The notes under the pieces were generated by a model. The model made no database searches. It worked only from the letters and a program-made list of their open reading frames with translations, and was not told where the DNA came from. This document shows, one piece after another, positions 41,051 through 50,848 of a DNA stretch of 64,000 bases (positions are counted from its first letter, which is position 1; each line of letters begins with the position of its first letter). The position numbers were made by a program, and so were the translations under genes. This DNA is from Candidatus Latescibacterota bacterium (GTDB taxonomy: Bacteria; Latescibacterota; UBA2968; UBA8231), in the NCBI GenBank assembly GCA_965248265.1, contig CBDFJF010000001.1, forward strand, positions 576,001 to 640,000. Reading direction: 5' to 3'.

Positions 41051-43207
41051 ATGCCCCCCAAATCCTCGAATATGCGGCTGGCTCTTGGAACCGTGGGGTT
41101 GATGCTGATCGTCCTGCTGCCGTTCGCCGGACGCGTGTTCCTCTTCGACGCTGGGGTCGGTAAGAGGTCGACTCCGAGTGTGGCAGGCCAGGAGAGCACG
41201 GCCTCAGAGCTTATGGCTGCTCATCGTTACCAAGAAGGCTGTGGCGATCTGGCTGACTTGAGCGAGCAAGGTGTCAGCCAGCAACAGCAGGTTCTGGCCT
41301 TTCAGCACGCCATCTGCGACCAGCTTCTGGGCAGACCGGAAAAGTCATACGTACGCTATCATCGGCTGCACGGGGTATTGCCGCTGCTCGACGACCATCG
41401 ACGGCTGTGGATGGGACGGGCCCTCAACAGTCTTGGCGATCAGGACGCCGCGCGCCTGTTGTACGAGGATCTGTTGCTGAGTTCCCGCAGTCAGGCAGTC
41501 GCCGACTCGGCGCGCATCTACCTGGCTGGCATGATCGGTGAGCTTGGTGAGTATCACCGCGCTCTCGAACTGTACACCGATTATGCCGAAGCCAATCCAG
41601 CCAGTTGGCCCGAAATCCTGTACCGTATGATCGAGGTGCACGACGCCACGTCTGACGACGAGGCATCGCGCCAGACTCGACTGCGGTTGATGGAAAAATA
41701 CCCTGCCCATCGCAGTGCCCTGGATGCGCTCAGGTTCGGCAAGAGCTCCGGCACCGACCGCGAGCAATACGCACGGGCTATGGTGTATTACCGTCACGGA
41801 CAACAGAGTCGTGCCCGCAAGACCCTCGACCGCTTGTTGCGCTCCGACCCCGATCATGCGATCAAGGAAAAGGCGCGTTACCTGCAGGCGCGCTGCTATC
41901 TCAAGAGCGGCGAGTACCAGCGCGCGCGCACGGGCTTCGATCGGCTGTTCCATGAGTACGGCAGCGCCGCTGCTCTCTACCGCATCGGCGGCATCGAGAT
42001 CAGGCTCGACCAGGAACAGCGTGCCATCGAAACCTACGCCCGTTTCGTGCGCTCCTTTCCACGCCATGAGCTCGCCGATGACGCCTTGTGGCAAGCGGCA
42101 AAGGCGGCGGAGCGCCACAGTCACTTCGACCAGGCCCAAAAAATCTACCGCCAGCTGGCCACCGAGTACCCGGAAGGCGATTACTCCGATGAAGCCCGTT
42201 GGGGCATAGGCTTCATGCAGTACTGCCGGCTGGAGTTCTCTGAAGCTCTGACCTATTTCAAGGCCGCTGGTAGCAGCGCCAGGGAGCCTCACATCGTCGA
42301 CCAGTCCCTGTTCTGGGCCGCCAAGAGCGCCTTCAAGCTGAACCGACTCGAAGAAGCTCAGCAGCTGTACGAGTCAGCGGCGAAAGGCTTCCCGCGATCT
42401 TACTACTCGACGCGGGCGGTCCAGATGGGCTATGGCGGCGGCGATCTGCCGCTGCAGGCGAAGAGTATCACCCAAAACGCGGCGTCGACACGAAAACTGG
42501 CAGGGCGCGACTATCTCGAGCGCGCCGAACTGCTCCGGGTGTTGGGCATGCGCTCGCATGCGGAAGCCGAACTCTTGCGTGCAGAGCGGCTGAACAAAGG
42601 TGACAGCCCGGCGCTGCGAGTCATCCGCGACCATTATGAGCGTGCCGGCATCTTGAACCGCGCTTTGGTGCTGTCAGTGAAGATATTCGCGGCCGAGGGC
42701 GACGACATGGAGATCGCCAGGGTCTATCCCAGCTACTACTGGGATCAGGTCGCCGCCGCCTCCAGGGAGGCCTCCGTCGACCCCTACCTGGTGCTCTCAG
42801 TGATTCGCCAGGAGAGCTTCTTCAACGAAGATGCCGTGTCCCACGCCGGAGCCATCGGCCTGATGCAGATCATGCCACAGACGGGCCGCAGACTTGCCCG
42901 CAGACTGGGCATGGGCCCTTTCGACCGCAGGCAACTGTTCAATCCGCAGCAGTCCATCCGCATGGGCAGTTATTTTCTGGCTGGTCAGGTGCGTGACTTC
43001 ATGGAGGGTCCTACCAGGACGGTGGGTTTCGAACTGGGACTCGCCGCCTATAACGCGGGGCCGCATGTCGCGCGGCAGTGGGTGGACCGGTTTCCCTTCG
43101 AGGACCCGGATACCTTCGTGGAACGCATTCCGTACCGGGAGACACGTCTTTACGTGAAGAAGGTGCTCAAGAATTACACCATCTATAAATCACTGGCGCA
43201 GGCATAG
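41051..43207 (+). CDS. TPR-containing lytic murein transglycosylase (Slt family)
   Basis: N-terminal TM and TPR-like repeats; catalytic IRQES, GAIGLMQIMP, AAYNAG, ETRLYVKKV. Start approximate. Confidence 0.92.
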   Translation: MPPKSSNMRLALGTVGLMLIVLLPFAGRVFLFDAGVGKRSTPSVAGQESTASELMAAHRYQEGCGDLADLSEQGVSQQQQVLAFQHAICDQLLGRPEKSYVRYHRLHGVLPLLDDHRRLWMGRALNSLGDQDAARLLYEDLLLSSRSQAVADSARIYLAGMIGELGEYHRALELYTDYAEANPASWPEILYRMIEVHDATSDDEASRQTRLRLMEKYPAHRSALDALRFGKSSGTDREQYARAMVYYRHGQQSRARKTLDRLLRSDPDHAIKEKARYLQARCYLKSGEYQRARTGFDRLFHEYGSAAALYRIGGIEIRLDQEQRAIETYARFVRSFPRHELADDALWQAAKAAERHSHFDQAQKIYRQLATEYPEGDYSDEARWGIGFMQYCRLEFSEALTYFKAAGSSAREPHIVDQSLFWAAKSAFKLNRLEEAQQLYESAAKGFPRSYYSTRAVQMGYGGGDLPLQAKSITQNAASTRKLAGRDYLERAELLRVLGMRSHAEAELLRAERLNKGDSPALRVIRDHYERAGILNRALVLSVKIFAAEGDDMEIARVYPSYYWDQVAAASREASVDPYLVLSVIRQESFFNEDAVSHAGAIGLMQIMPQTGRRLARRLGMGPFDRRQLFNPQQSIRMGSYFLAGQVRDFMEGPTRTVGFELGLAAYNAGPHVARQWVDRFPFEDPDTFVERIPYRETRLYVKKVLKNYTIYKSLAQA

Positions 43208-43214
43208 CGAGCCG

Positions 43215-43469
43215 ATGGCGGAAACTCCACAGACACCACAGACACCTGAAGAAAAGAGGGCGAAGGTAGTACGTCTGATTGAGGACGCCTTCATCCTGCT
43301 CTGTATCCTGACGTTGTGGCCGGTGATTCTGGGTTGGACCGGTGTGATCTACGAGGTCCTTCTATATGTTGCACTCGCCGGGCTGGTTTTCATCTTCGTG
43401 CGCCGCATCAGACGCTTCCGCGCGTCGCGTTTGGAATTGGAGAACGACTCGGCCCAGTCCCCCGGCTGA
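43215..43469 (+). CDS. Small membrane protein
   Basis: 84 aa with two hydrophobic segments, 7 bp after the slt-like gene. Confidence 0.7.
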   Translation: MAETPQTPQTPEEKRAKVVRLIEDAFILLCILTLWPVILGWTGVIYEVLLYVALAGLVFIFVRRIRRFRASRLELENDSAQSPG

Positions 43470-43536
43470 AAGCTGACGCCACCTGGTCCGCCGTACCGCG
43501 ACCAGACCTGCCGACATGTTCCCCGGTACCATGCTG

Positions 43537-44478
43537 TCAACCTTGTTCCACGCCAGCTGTACGCCCCAGTCGTTCAAGCAACAACACAGCCGCGATTCCG
43601 ACGAGCATCAGCAACACCGTGACGATGACCTCACCATCGAGGCGGTCCGGGAAAACGCAGTCGTAGTATTGCGTCGTCGAATCTGTCGTCTGCCCATCGA
43701 CATTCTGGTAGCGTTTGAACGGCCACACCCGCCGTACCGAACCCGCCATTAACCCCACCAGCAGCGTCATCGTCAGTGCGTGATAGCGCGCGAGCAGGAA
43801 CTTGAGCACGCGCGAGAACGCCAGTATGCCACCGCCAAAGCCGATCCCGAATACGATCAAGACACCGAGATCGAACTCGTGCACCGCGCGCATCACCTGA
43901 CCGTACTTCCCCATGATCACGAGCAGAAACGAGCCGCTTATTCCGGGCAGGATCATGGCGACACTGGCGATGCTCCCAGACAGCAGGAACTTGTACCACT
44001 CGCTTCCGGTTTCCATCGGCCACAACAGCGTCACGCCGTAACCGGCCGCGGTACCGGCGATCAGCAGCGCCAGCCCAGCCGCGGTCCATCCCTGTACCCG
44101 GCGGCTGACGACCAGCGCGCTGGCCAGGATGAGACCGGTGAGAAAACCCCACAACGGTACCGGATGATGTTCCAACAGATAAGTGATGCCGCGTGCGAGT
44201 GAGACCACGGCGGCGGCGATCCCGCACAACAGGGGCACCAGGAAACCGGCGTTGACGTGAGCCCATAAGCCAGCGATACGACCGCGAAGCACGAGGCCGA
44301 TCAGCCGGGTGTCGATGCCGGCAATGGTGCGGATGAGTTCGTCGTAGATACCCGTGATCAGGGCCACGGTGCCGCCGGAGACGCCCGGAATCACATCCGC
44401 AGTACCCATGGCGAAGCCGCGGACAAACAAACCTGGAGTTCGCCGGCGCAGTTCAGCCGGTGCGTTTTCAACAGCCAC
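43537..44478 (-). CDS. DUF368 family membrane protein (putative undecaprenyl-phosphate translocase)
   Basis: Two family motifs: MGTADVIPGVSGGT and AMILPGISGS. Confidence 0.9.
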   Translation of the reverse strand: MAVENAPAELRRRTPGLFVRGFAMGTADVIPGVSGGTVALITGIYDELIRTIAGIDTRLIGLVLRGRIAGLWAHVNAGFLVPLLCGIAAAVVSLARGITYLLEHHPVPLWGFLTGLILASALVVSRRVQGWTAAGLALLIAGTAAGYGVTLLWPMETGSEWYKFLLSGSIASVAMILPGISGSFLLVIMGKYGQVMRAVHEFDLGVLIVFGIGFGGGILAFSRVLKFLLARYHALTMTLLVGLMAGSVRRVWPFKRYQNVDGQTTDSTTQYYDCVFPDRLDGEVIVTVLLMLVGIAAVLLLERLGRTAGVEQG

Positions 44479-45616
44479 GGATTTTCCTCTCGGTGTATGA
44501 CATCGGCAGCAGGTCCCGCTCGCCCTTGTCAGCGAGCCCCTCTAGAATACGGCGATCGGCGCGCGGCATCGGATAGTCTTGCAGTTGCGACGGCCGAATC
44601 CATTTCAGGTCAGCGCAGCCCAGTGCCCGCGGCCGTCCTGAAAGATAGTGAGCCTCGAAGGCGTGCAGGGTGATGCTGAAATGGGAGTAGGCGTGGTCGA
44701 CCTGGGCGAGGTGCACTCCGACTTCGATGTCGAAATCGAGCTCCTCCCTGATCTCTCGCTTCAAGCATCCGGCCAGGGATTCTCCGTCTTCCTGCTTGCC
44801 GCCGGGAAATTCCCACAATCCGCCGAGCATGCCGTCTGCCGGTCGTTGGGCGATCAGCAACCAGCCCCCGCGCTTCCAGATCATGCCGGCCGTAACCTCG
44901 AAATGCGGGCGCGGTTTTCTTCGACCCTTCACGGGCAGCTGAGCCGGATCATTCAACTCCGCTCGGGCGCGGCACATGGAGTTTACCGGGCAATTCGTAC
45001 AGTCGGCCCTGGCCGGCTTGCACACGCGCGCGCCCAGTTCCATCAGGGCCTGGTTAAAGTCGCCCGGCCGCTTGCGCGCCAGCAGCCGTTCGGCAGCGGC
45101 GATCAATTCGGTCTTTACCGCTGCGGTGCGCGGTTCCTCTTCAATTCGCAGAAGACGGCACAACACGCGAGTGACGTTGCCGTCCAGTACCGGGTGGGGA
45201 GCGTCGAAGGCGATGCTGCTGATGGCAGCCGCGGTGTAGCTACCGATCCCGGGCAGACGCAGCAGCTCGTCGTGATCGCGCGGCAGGCTGCCGTCGCCAT
45301 CGTCCACGAGACTGCGGGCAGCCCGATGCAGATTGCGTGCCCGGCTGTAGTATCCCAGCCCTTCCCAGGCCTTGAGCACCTCAGCTTCGGTGGCGTCGGC
45401 GAGCGCGCGAACGGTCGGGAAGAGGCTGATGAAGCGCTCGTAGTAGGGCGCCATCTGGTCGACGCGAGTCTGCTGCAGCATGGTCTCGGAAACCCAGACC
45501 TGGTAGGAGTTGTCCTTATCGCGCCAGGGCAGATGTCGTTTGTTGTGATCGTACCAGCGCAGTAGGCGAGCGCGAAACTGGCTGCAGGCCTTGCCGTCGT
45601 CGAGCAGCCCGGTCAT
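44468..45616 (-). CDS. mutY: A/G-specific adenine glycosylase with a C-terminal NUDIX domain
   Basis: WVSETMLQQT, WEGLGYYSRARN, HhH LPGIGSYTA, LDGNV and 4Fe-4S C-X6-C-X2-C-X5-C. Start at ATG 45616. Confidence 0.96.
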   Translation of the reverse strand: MTGLLDDGKACSQFRARLLRWYDHNKRHLPWRDKDNSYQVWVSETMLQQTRVDQMAPYYERFISLFPTVRALADATEAEVLKAWEGLGYYSRARNLHRAARSLVDDGDGSLPRDHDELLRLPGIGSYTAAAISSIAFDAPHPVLDGNVTRVLCRLLRIEEEPRTAAVKTELIAAAERLLARKRPGDFNQALMELGARVCKPARADCTNCPVNSMCRARAELNDPAQLPVKGRRKPRPHFEVTAGMIWKRGGWLLIAQRPADGMLGGLWEFPGGKQEDGESLAGCLKREIREELDFDIEVGVHLAQVDHAYSHFSITLHAFEAHYLSGRPRALGCADLKWIRPSQLQDYPMPRADRRILEGLADKGERDLLPMSYTERKIRGC

Positions 45617-45620
45617 GTGC

Positions 45621-46733
45621 TCAACGGACGCGGCGTTGCCGGTGAGTACGGACCAGCTGCGGCCATGTCGACGTCGGCAGCGTACGGTGAGCATTGACGA
45701 GCCCCGGTCGATCGGGAGTCTGGGGTATATCTAGTAGCACATCTGATAGTGGCCGGGCGGCAAGCAGCCCGTTCAGGACCGCCTCCTCGCAGGCTTCGGC
45801 GGCCGCCGCAAACAACGCTGGCAACTGCCGCTCCGATGTCGTCTTCATCGATGAAGTAACCCCGGACTCACCCCCGGCGTCATCGAGACCCGTCGTCGAC
45901 AGCGCAATGACGAGTCCATCCGTGGTGAATGCGTCGAGCAAGCCAACCCGGGTGAGGCCAAGTGCTGCTCGGCCCGCCAGGCGATTCAGTTGCCCGGGAT
46001 CACAGGGCGCATCGGTGGCGACGACAGCGGTGGCCGTTCTCGGCACGCCGGGCGCCGCCGGAATGATTGATAGTTCGCCCCCGGCCGGCACACCATCGAC
46101 GCTGAGCTTCTCGGGCTCTCCAGCGTTGGCAGCCACCAGTACCCCAACGTGAATCCGCTTGCCGTCCAGCTCCACCCAGCGGGATGCCGTACCGACGCCG
46201 CCGCGCACGCCAAACGAGACCAGGCCTGCGCCGATGCCGACGGCACCCTCCTCAACTTCCCCTGTCCGCGCATTCGCCAATGCGGCGTCGAGATGACCCT
46301 GTGCAATACTGGCATGCGCGACCATCGGGTCGTTGATGCCACTGTCATCGACGCCGATGACGACGGGCGGCCAGCCGGCATCCTCTGGCAGGCCTTCGGC
46401 CAGGCCGAGACCGTAGCGGATGAGTCCGTCGTAGACCTTGCCGACGGCGGCAGCCGGCGCCAGCACGATGGGGGTGGACAGAGCGCCGAAATCCTCGGTG
46501 ACACCGAGTCCGGTGAAGCCGTCCCCACCGTCCAGGGCGTAACGGCCGGCGAAGAAACGCCGGGGTGTGCGCGGGTACGGGATTACCGCCGTTATGCCAG
46601 TCGCCAGGCTGGAGATTGTGTTGTTGGCAACAATATCCGCGTGTCCGACGCGAACACCCGGTACATCCGTTATGGCATTGGCCGGGCCGGGTTGACCGCT
46701 TCCAACAGCGATATCGAAATCCCGCAACCGCAT
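45621..46733 (-). CDS. P1/S58 (DmpA-like) peptidase paralog, no signal peptide, divergent active site
   Basis: NAITDVPGVRVGH, EEGAVGIGAG, VATDAP, EEAVLN. Confidence 0.85.
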   Translation of the reverse strand: MRLRDFDIAVGSGQPGPANAITDVPGVRVGHADIVANNTISSLATGITAVIPYPRTPRRFFAGRYALDGGDGFTGLGVTEDFGALSTPIVLAPAAAVGKVYDGLIRYGLGLAEGLPEDAGWPPVVIGVDDSGINDPMVAHASIAQGHLDAALANARTGEVEEGAVGIGAGLVSFGVRGGVGTASRWVELDGKRIHVGVLVAANAGEPEKLSVDGVPAGGELSIIPAAPGVPRTATAVVATDAPCDPGQLNRLAGRAALGLTRVGLLDAFTTDGLVIALSTTGLDDAGGESGVTSSMKTTSERQLPALFAAAAEACEEAVLNGLLAARPLSDVLLDIPQTPDRPGLVNAHRTLPTSTWPQLVRTHRQRRVR

Positions 46734-47977
46734 TACTTCAACCGGCCGTGCCGTCTCATGGCGTCGACGAAGCGATCCAAGGGCAGAGCGAAGATGCGGT
46801 TGTCGTCGCGGCCGACCATCGTACGGGCGGCCGTCAACGCGTTGAGGATGGCCTCTTCGGTGGCTTCGACGACGGCCTGGTGCAGACTGGTAATCTGAGA
46901 GAAATGGAGCATCTCCCCCTTGATAATGCCGGCATTCACGCTCTCTGTCGTCGCTGTCGAGAAGGCGATCAACAGGTCACCACTGCCATGCGTTGAAATA
47001 CCCCCGGTGCGCGCCATGCCAAGGGCAGCCCGCTTGCACAGGCGCTGCAGCTGAATCGGCAACAGAGGTGCGTCGGTGGCGATGGCGATGAGGAGCGAAT
47101 GGCCAGTGGCAGCGGCCTTGCCCGGGGTCGGCAGCAGATCCGGAATCTCGGTGCCGACGGGGACTCCCTGAACCGTGAGTTGGTGGCGGCGACCGTGGTT
47201 GGCCTGCACCAGGACGCCGACGGTGTACTGCCGGGCCCGGGCTTCCTCGTCCTCGCCGTCCGGGGCACAGGTGACAACTCTCGAGGAAGTGCCGATGCCG
47301 GCTTTGAAGCCGTACGCCCGCATTCCGGTCCCACCACCCACGGAGCCTTCCGCAACCACGCCATTCCCGTCACGCTCGGCGGCGGCGAGCGCGGCCCGCA
47401 CCTCGGTTCTACCGACGTGGCGGCCTGCCGTGTCGTTGAGAAAACCGGCCCAGGTCTCGCCGACCACCGGCTCAGGCCTGAATAACTGCGAGAACACCTG
47501 TGGGTTGCTCTCCAGCAGGTGCCCCATGGCAGCGTCGTACACGGTGCCGATGCACCCGGTATCGGTAAAATAGATCGGGCTTCCCAACAGTCCCTGCCGG
47601 CGCACAGGTCCCAGGCCGGTGAGTTCGCCATTGCCATTGAGCGTCCAGTCCGCCGCGCGCACGGGATGGCGCGAAACATCGTCAGCGCGAGGCAGAATCA
47701 CCGTTACCCCGGTGCGCACGGGACCTTCCCCAGCGACCAACGGGCCGTCCCCGCGGATGATCGTGGCGTGGCCGACGAGAACTCCAGGAACGTCAGTGAT
47801 GGCGTTGTACCTGGCGGTGGGCAACGATCCGATAGCGATGCCGAGATCGCGCAGGCGAGGGCGCTCACCGACACCCGCCGTCACCGCCATGACCTGACCG
47901 ACCTCGAACGGCATCCCACCCAGAATGGGTACGGAGGCGGCAGCCAGGCCAGTGCGCAGAAAGTGGCGTCGCTTCAT
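46733..47977 (-). CDS. P1/S58 (DmpA-like) aminopeptidase with a Tat signal
   Basis: MKRRHFL Tat motif; NAITDVPGV, NGNGELTG, EGSVGGGTGM, SLLIAIATDAP, GSGD. Confidence 0.9.
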   Translation of the reverse strand: MKRRHFLRTGLAAASVPILGGMPFEVGQVMAVTAGVGERPRLRDLGIAIGSLPTARYNAITDVPGVLVGHATIIRGDGPLVAGEGPVRTGVTVILPRADDVSRHPVRAADWTLNGNGELTGLGPVRRQGLLGSPIYFTDTGCIGTVYDAAMGHLLESNPQVFSQLFRPEPVVGETWAGFLNDTAGRHVGRTEVRAALAAAERDGNGVVAEGSVGGGTGMRAYGFKAGIGTSSRVVTCAPDGEDEEARARQYTVGVLVQANHGRRHQLTVQGVPVGTEIPDLLPTPGKAAATGHSLLIAIATDAPLLPIQLQRLCKRAALGMARTGGISTHGSGDLLIAFSTATTESVNAGIIKGEMLHFSQITSLHQAVVEATEEAILNALTAARTMVGRDDNRIFALPLDRFVDAMRRHGRLK

Positions 47978-47993
47978 TTCATAGAGCCGCCAC

Positions 47994-49082
47994 TCATAGA
48001 ACTGCCACGATCGCCTGACCCATCTGGCTGGTCGTCATGCGTCCGCCCAAATCAGGGGTGGCGTTGTCGGGAGAGGTCAGTACGCTTTGCACCGCCTCCT
48101 CAATCCGGGCTCCGGCCGCGGTGGATGCGTCGTCGTCGTGGCGCTGTCCGAGCCAGCGCAGCATCATGGCGGCCGACAGGATGGTCCCCACCGGGTTGGC
48201 CACCCCCTTGCCGGCGATGTCGGGGGCAGTACCGTGAGAAGGCTGGAACACGGCCGCATCCTCGCCGATGTCCCCGGAGGGCGCCATGCCCATGCCGCCG
48301 ATGAGGCCGGCGGCCAGGTCCGAGAGGATGTCCCCGTACATGTTCTCCGTGACCATGACATCATACAACTGTGGCTGTTCGACCAGGTGGAAAGCCATAG
48401 CGTCGACGTACTCGTACGCACGGGCGATGTCGGGATAACCGGCCGCAACCTCGTCGAAGACGCTGCGAAAGAAGGCCATGGACCGGAAGATGTTGGCTTT
48501 GTCAACGCAGGTTACCATGGCCTGGCGTTGCGAATTCCCGGTCTCCTGTCGTCCGCGCGCCAACTCGAAGGCGTAGCGGGCGATGCGCTCGGTGCCCGAA
48601 CGCGTAATCACCATCGAGTCGACGGCGACCTCACCCCGCAGTTCGATGCCGGCGTCCATCGAGGCGAACAGGCCTTCCACGTTCTCACGCAAGATGACCA
48701 GGTCGATGGCGCCCGGACCCAAGCCCTTTAGCGGCGTCAGGTGCTCCGCGTACAGGTAGATCGGGCGAACGCCAGCGTATAGATCCAGCTTGATGCGCAA
48801 ATCCACCTGAGGGCGCATCTCGGTGCCGTCCGGCCACCGGATATCGGGCCGGCCCATCGCACCCAGCAGCACAGCGTCTGCAGTACGACACGCCCCCAGA
48901 GTCTCATCCGGCAACGGTGTGCCGCATTCCAGGTAGCAATCGGCCCCGGATGGGTACTCACAAAACTCGAAACTGACTGCACTGCTGTTGCCCAGCGCGG
49001 TGAGAACGCGGAGGGCCTCGTCGACGACATCGGGACCTATGCCGTCCCCCTTCAACACAGCAATACGGTAATTCGAGCTCAT
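47994..49082 (-). CDS. Isocitrate/isopropylmalate/tartrate dehydrogenase family protein
   Basis: GDGIGPDV, VDKANIF, NMYGDILSD, HGTAPDIAG. Confidence 0.92.
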   Translation of the reverse strand: MSSNYRIAVLKGDGIGPDVVDEALRVLTALGNSSAVSFEFCEYPSGADCYLECGTPLPDETLGACRTADAVLLGAMGRPDIRWPDGTEMRPQVDLRIKLDLYAGVRPIYLYAEHLTPLKGLGPGAIDLVILRENVEGLFASMDAGIELRGEVAVDSMVITRSGTERIARYAFELARGRQETGNSQRQAMVTCVDKANIFRSMAFFRSVFDEVAAGYPDIARAYEYVDAMAFHLVEQPQLYDVMVTENMYGDILSDLAAGLIGGMGMAPSGDIGEDAAVFQPSHGTAPDIAGKGVANPVGTILSAAMMLRWLGQRHDDDASTAAGARIEEAVQSVLTSPDNATPDLGGRMTTSQMGQAIVAVL

Positions 49083-49162
49083 GTGTTCTGGCTTTTACGG
49101 GGAGTGGGGGGAGAGAGCCAAAGGGTACGGCGGCCACGAACGACCGTCAACAGGAGTCATAC

Positions 49163-49178
49163 TGGCCTGTCGTTTGCT
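49163..49178 (+). promoter_or_regulatory. Possible sigma54 motif upstream of the NtrC-family gene
   Basis: TGGCCTG-TCGT-TTGCT with GG-N10-GC spacing. Confidence 0.4.
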
Positions 49179-49183
49179 GTACT

Positions 49184-49223
49184 CAAGTATCAGGCTTTAC
49201 TGCAAGTGTCAGGCTTTACTCAA
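49184..49223. repeat. 19-bp-period direct repeat CAAGT(A/G)TCAGGCTTTACT
   Basis: Copies at 49184-49201 and 49203-49220 with one mismatch. Confidence 0.7.
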
Positions 49224-49273
49224 CTCTCCAATGGTTGCTCAGGTGTACCGTGCAGCAGACATTAATGAACACA

Positions 49274-50683
49274 ATGACTGAACAGACTAACATGACGACG
49301 GCCGTCGCCGAGGAGCGCCAGATCAAGATCCTCCTGGTCGATGACGATGAGATGATCCGCAAGAGCGCGGGCGCTTTTCTGCGCAAAATGGGGCACGAAG
49401 TCATCTTCGCCACCAACGGGCGAGAGGGCCTCGAACGTTTTGAGCAGGAAGGGGCCGATATAGTCATCAGCGATATCATGATGCCTGACGTGGATGGCCT
49501 CGATTTCATGCGTTCGCTCAAGGAGCGTGGCTCCGACGTCGAGGTCATTCTGGTCACGGGACATGGGGATCTCGAGACGGCGGTCGAGGCATTGCGAGAG
49601 GGGGCGTTCGACTTCTTTACTAAACCAGTACGGCTCGAAGAACTCAAGGCTGCTCTCGAGCGTACCCGTCGCTACCAGTCCATTCGCCGGGAGAAAGATC
49701 GTATCCAGGCCCGGCTCGAGTCACTGACGCGGGCATCCGACTTCGACCAGTCGGACATCATCGGTGAGAGCGACGCCATGGGGCAGGTCGGGGAGTTGGT
49801 AGAAAAGGTCGCCCGCACCGAACGCACCACCGTGCTCATCCGCGGTGAGAGCGGCACGGGCAAGGAACTCGTGGCCCGTGCCATTCACCGCTCCAGTCCG
49901 CGGGCCAACGCCGCCTTTATCAGTATCAACTGCACGGCGGTGCCTGATAGCCTGTTCGAGAGCGAGTTGTTCGGCCACGAGAAGGGCTCCTTCACCGACG
50001 CCACGCAATCTCGCAAAGGCATGTTCGAACTCAGCCATGGCGGCACCCTGTTCCTGGACGAGGTCGGCGACATGAGCCCGGCGTCTCAAGGCAAGATTCT
50101 GCGCGCCCTCGAGGAGCGGGTGATCCGGCGTGTCGGCGGCGTCGAGGAAATCCCCGTCGACGTGCGTCTGGTGGCGGCTACCAATCAGGATCTCGACGAG
50201 CTCTTGAGCAACGGTGCCTTTCGCCAGGACCTGTTTTTCCGTCTGAACGTATTCACCATTGACCTCCCGCCTCTGAGAGAACGCGGTGACGACGTCCTGT
50301 TGCTGGCCTATCACTATCTGGGCCGCTACGCCAGAGAATTCCGCAAAGACATTTCCGGCATAGACAAGGAGGCGACCCGCCTCTTGCGTGGCTACGAATT
50401 CCCCGGCAATGTCCGCGAGCTGCGCAATCTGGTGGAGCGGGCCGTCATCCTGGCGGACGGTCCATCGCTCACGGTGAGCGAGTTAGCCGATCTGCAGACG
50501 ACCACAACCACGACGGACGCCGCAGGAAGTGACCCCGGCCAGCCGCTGACGCTGGTCGAGTTCGAACGTCGCGCCATCGTGCAGGCTCTCGAGAGCAGCG
50601 GTGGCAACCAGACTGAAGCCGCCCGCCGTCTGGGAATCGGTACCGACGCCCTCCGGTACCGCCTCAAGAAGCACAACCTGTAA
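49274..50683 (+). CDS. Sigma54-interacting response regulator (NtrC family: REC, AAA+, HTH)
   Basis: REC (VDDD, SDIMMP), GESGTGKE, ESELFGHEKGSFTDA, FRQDLFFRL, PGNVREL and Fis-type HTH. Start uncertain between 49265 and 49292. Confidence 0.95.
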   Translation: MTEQTNMTTAVAEERQIKILLVDDDEMIRKSAGAFLRKMGHEVIFATNGREGLERFEQEGADIVISDIMMPDVDGLDFMRSLKERGSDVEVILVTGHGDLETAVEALREGAFDFFTKPVRLEELKAALERTRRYQSIRREKDRIQARLESLTRASDFDQSDIIGESDAMGQVGELVEKVARTERTTVLIRGESGTGKELVARAIHRSSPRANAAFISINCTAVPDSLFESELFGHEKGSFTDATQSRKGMFELSHGGTLFLDEVGDMSPASQGKILRALEERVIRRVGGVEEIPVDVRLVAATNQDLDELLSNGAFRQDLFFRLNVFTIDLPPLRERGDDVLLLAYHYLGRYAREFRKDISGIDKEATRLLRGYEFPGNVRELRNLVERAVILADGPSLTVSELADLQTTTTTTDAAGSDPGQPLTLVEFERRAIVQALESSGGNQTEAARRLGIGTDALRYRLKKHNL

Positions 50684-50761
50684 GCAGCCAAATCACCGCC
50701 TCGATTCCGCTATTTGGCCGGATTCGGCCTCGATTCACCTGCCATTGCCCCTGAAAGCTCC

Positions 50762-50777
50762 TGGCACATCAATTGCG
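50762..50777 (+). promoter_or_regulatory. Sigma54 (-24/-12) promoter motif
   Basis: TGGCACA-TCAA-TTGCG, close to the consensus TGGCACG-N4-TTGC. Confidence 0.7.
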
Positions 50778-50848
50778 TCCGTTAACGCAAGTCCACGGAT
50801 CTTTGGGTGGACCTGACCGCCATCTCCCCGAAATGGAGCTGAATCCCC

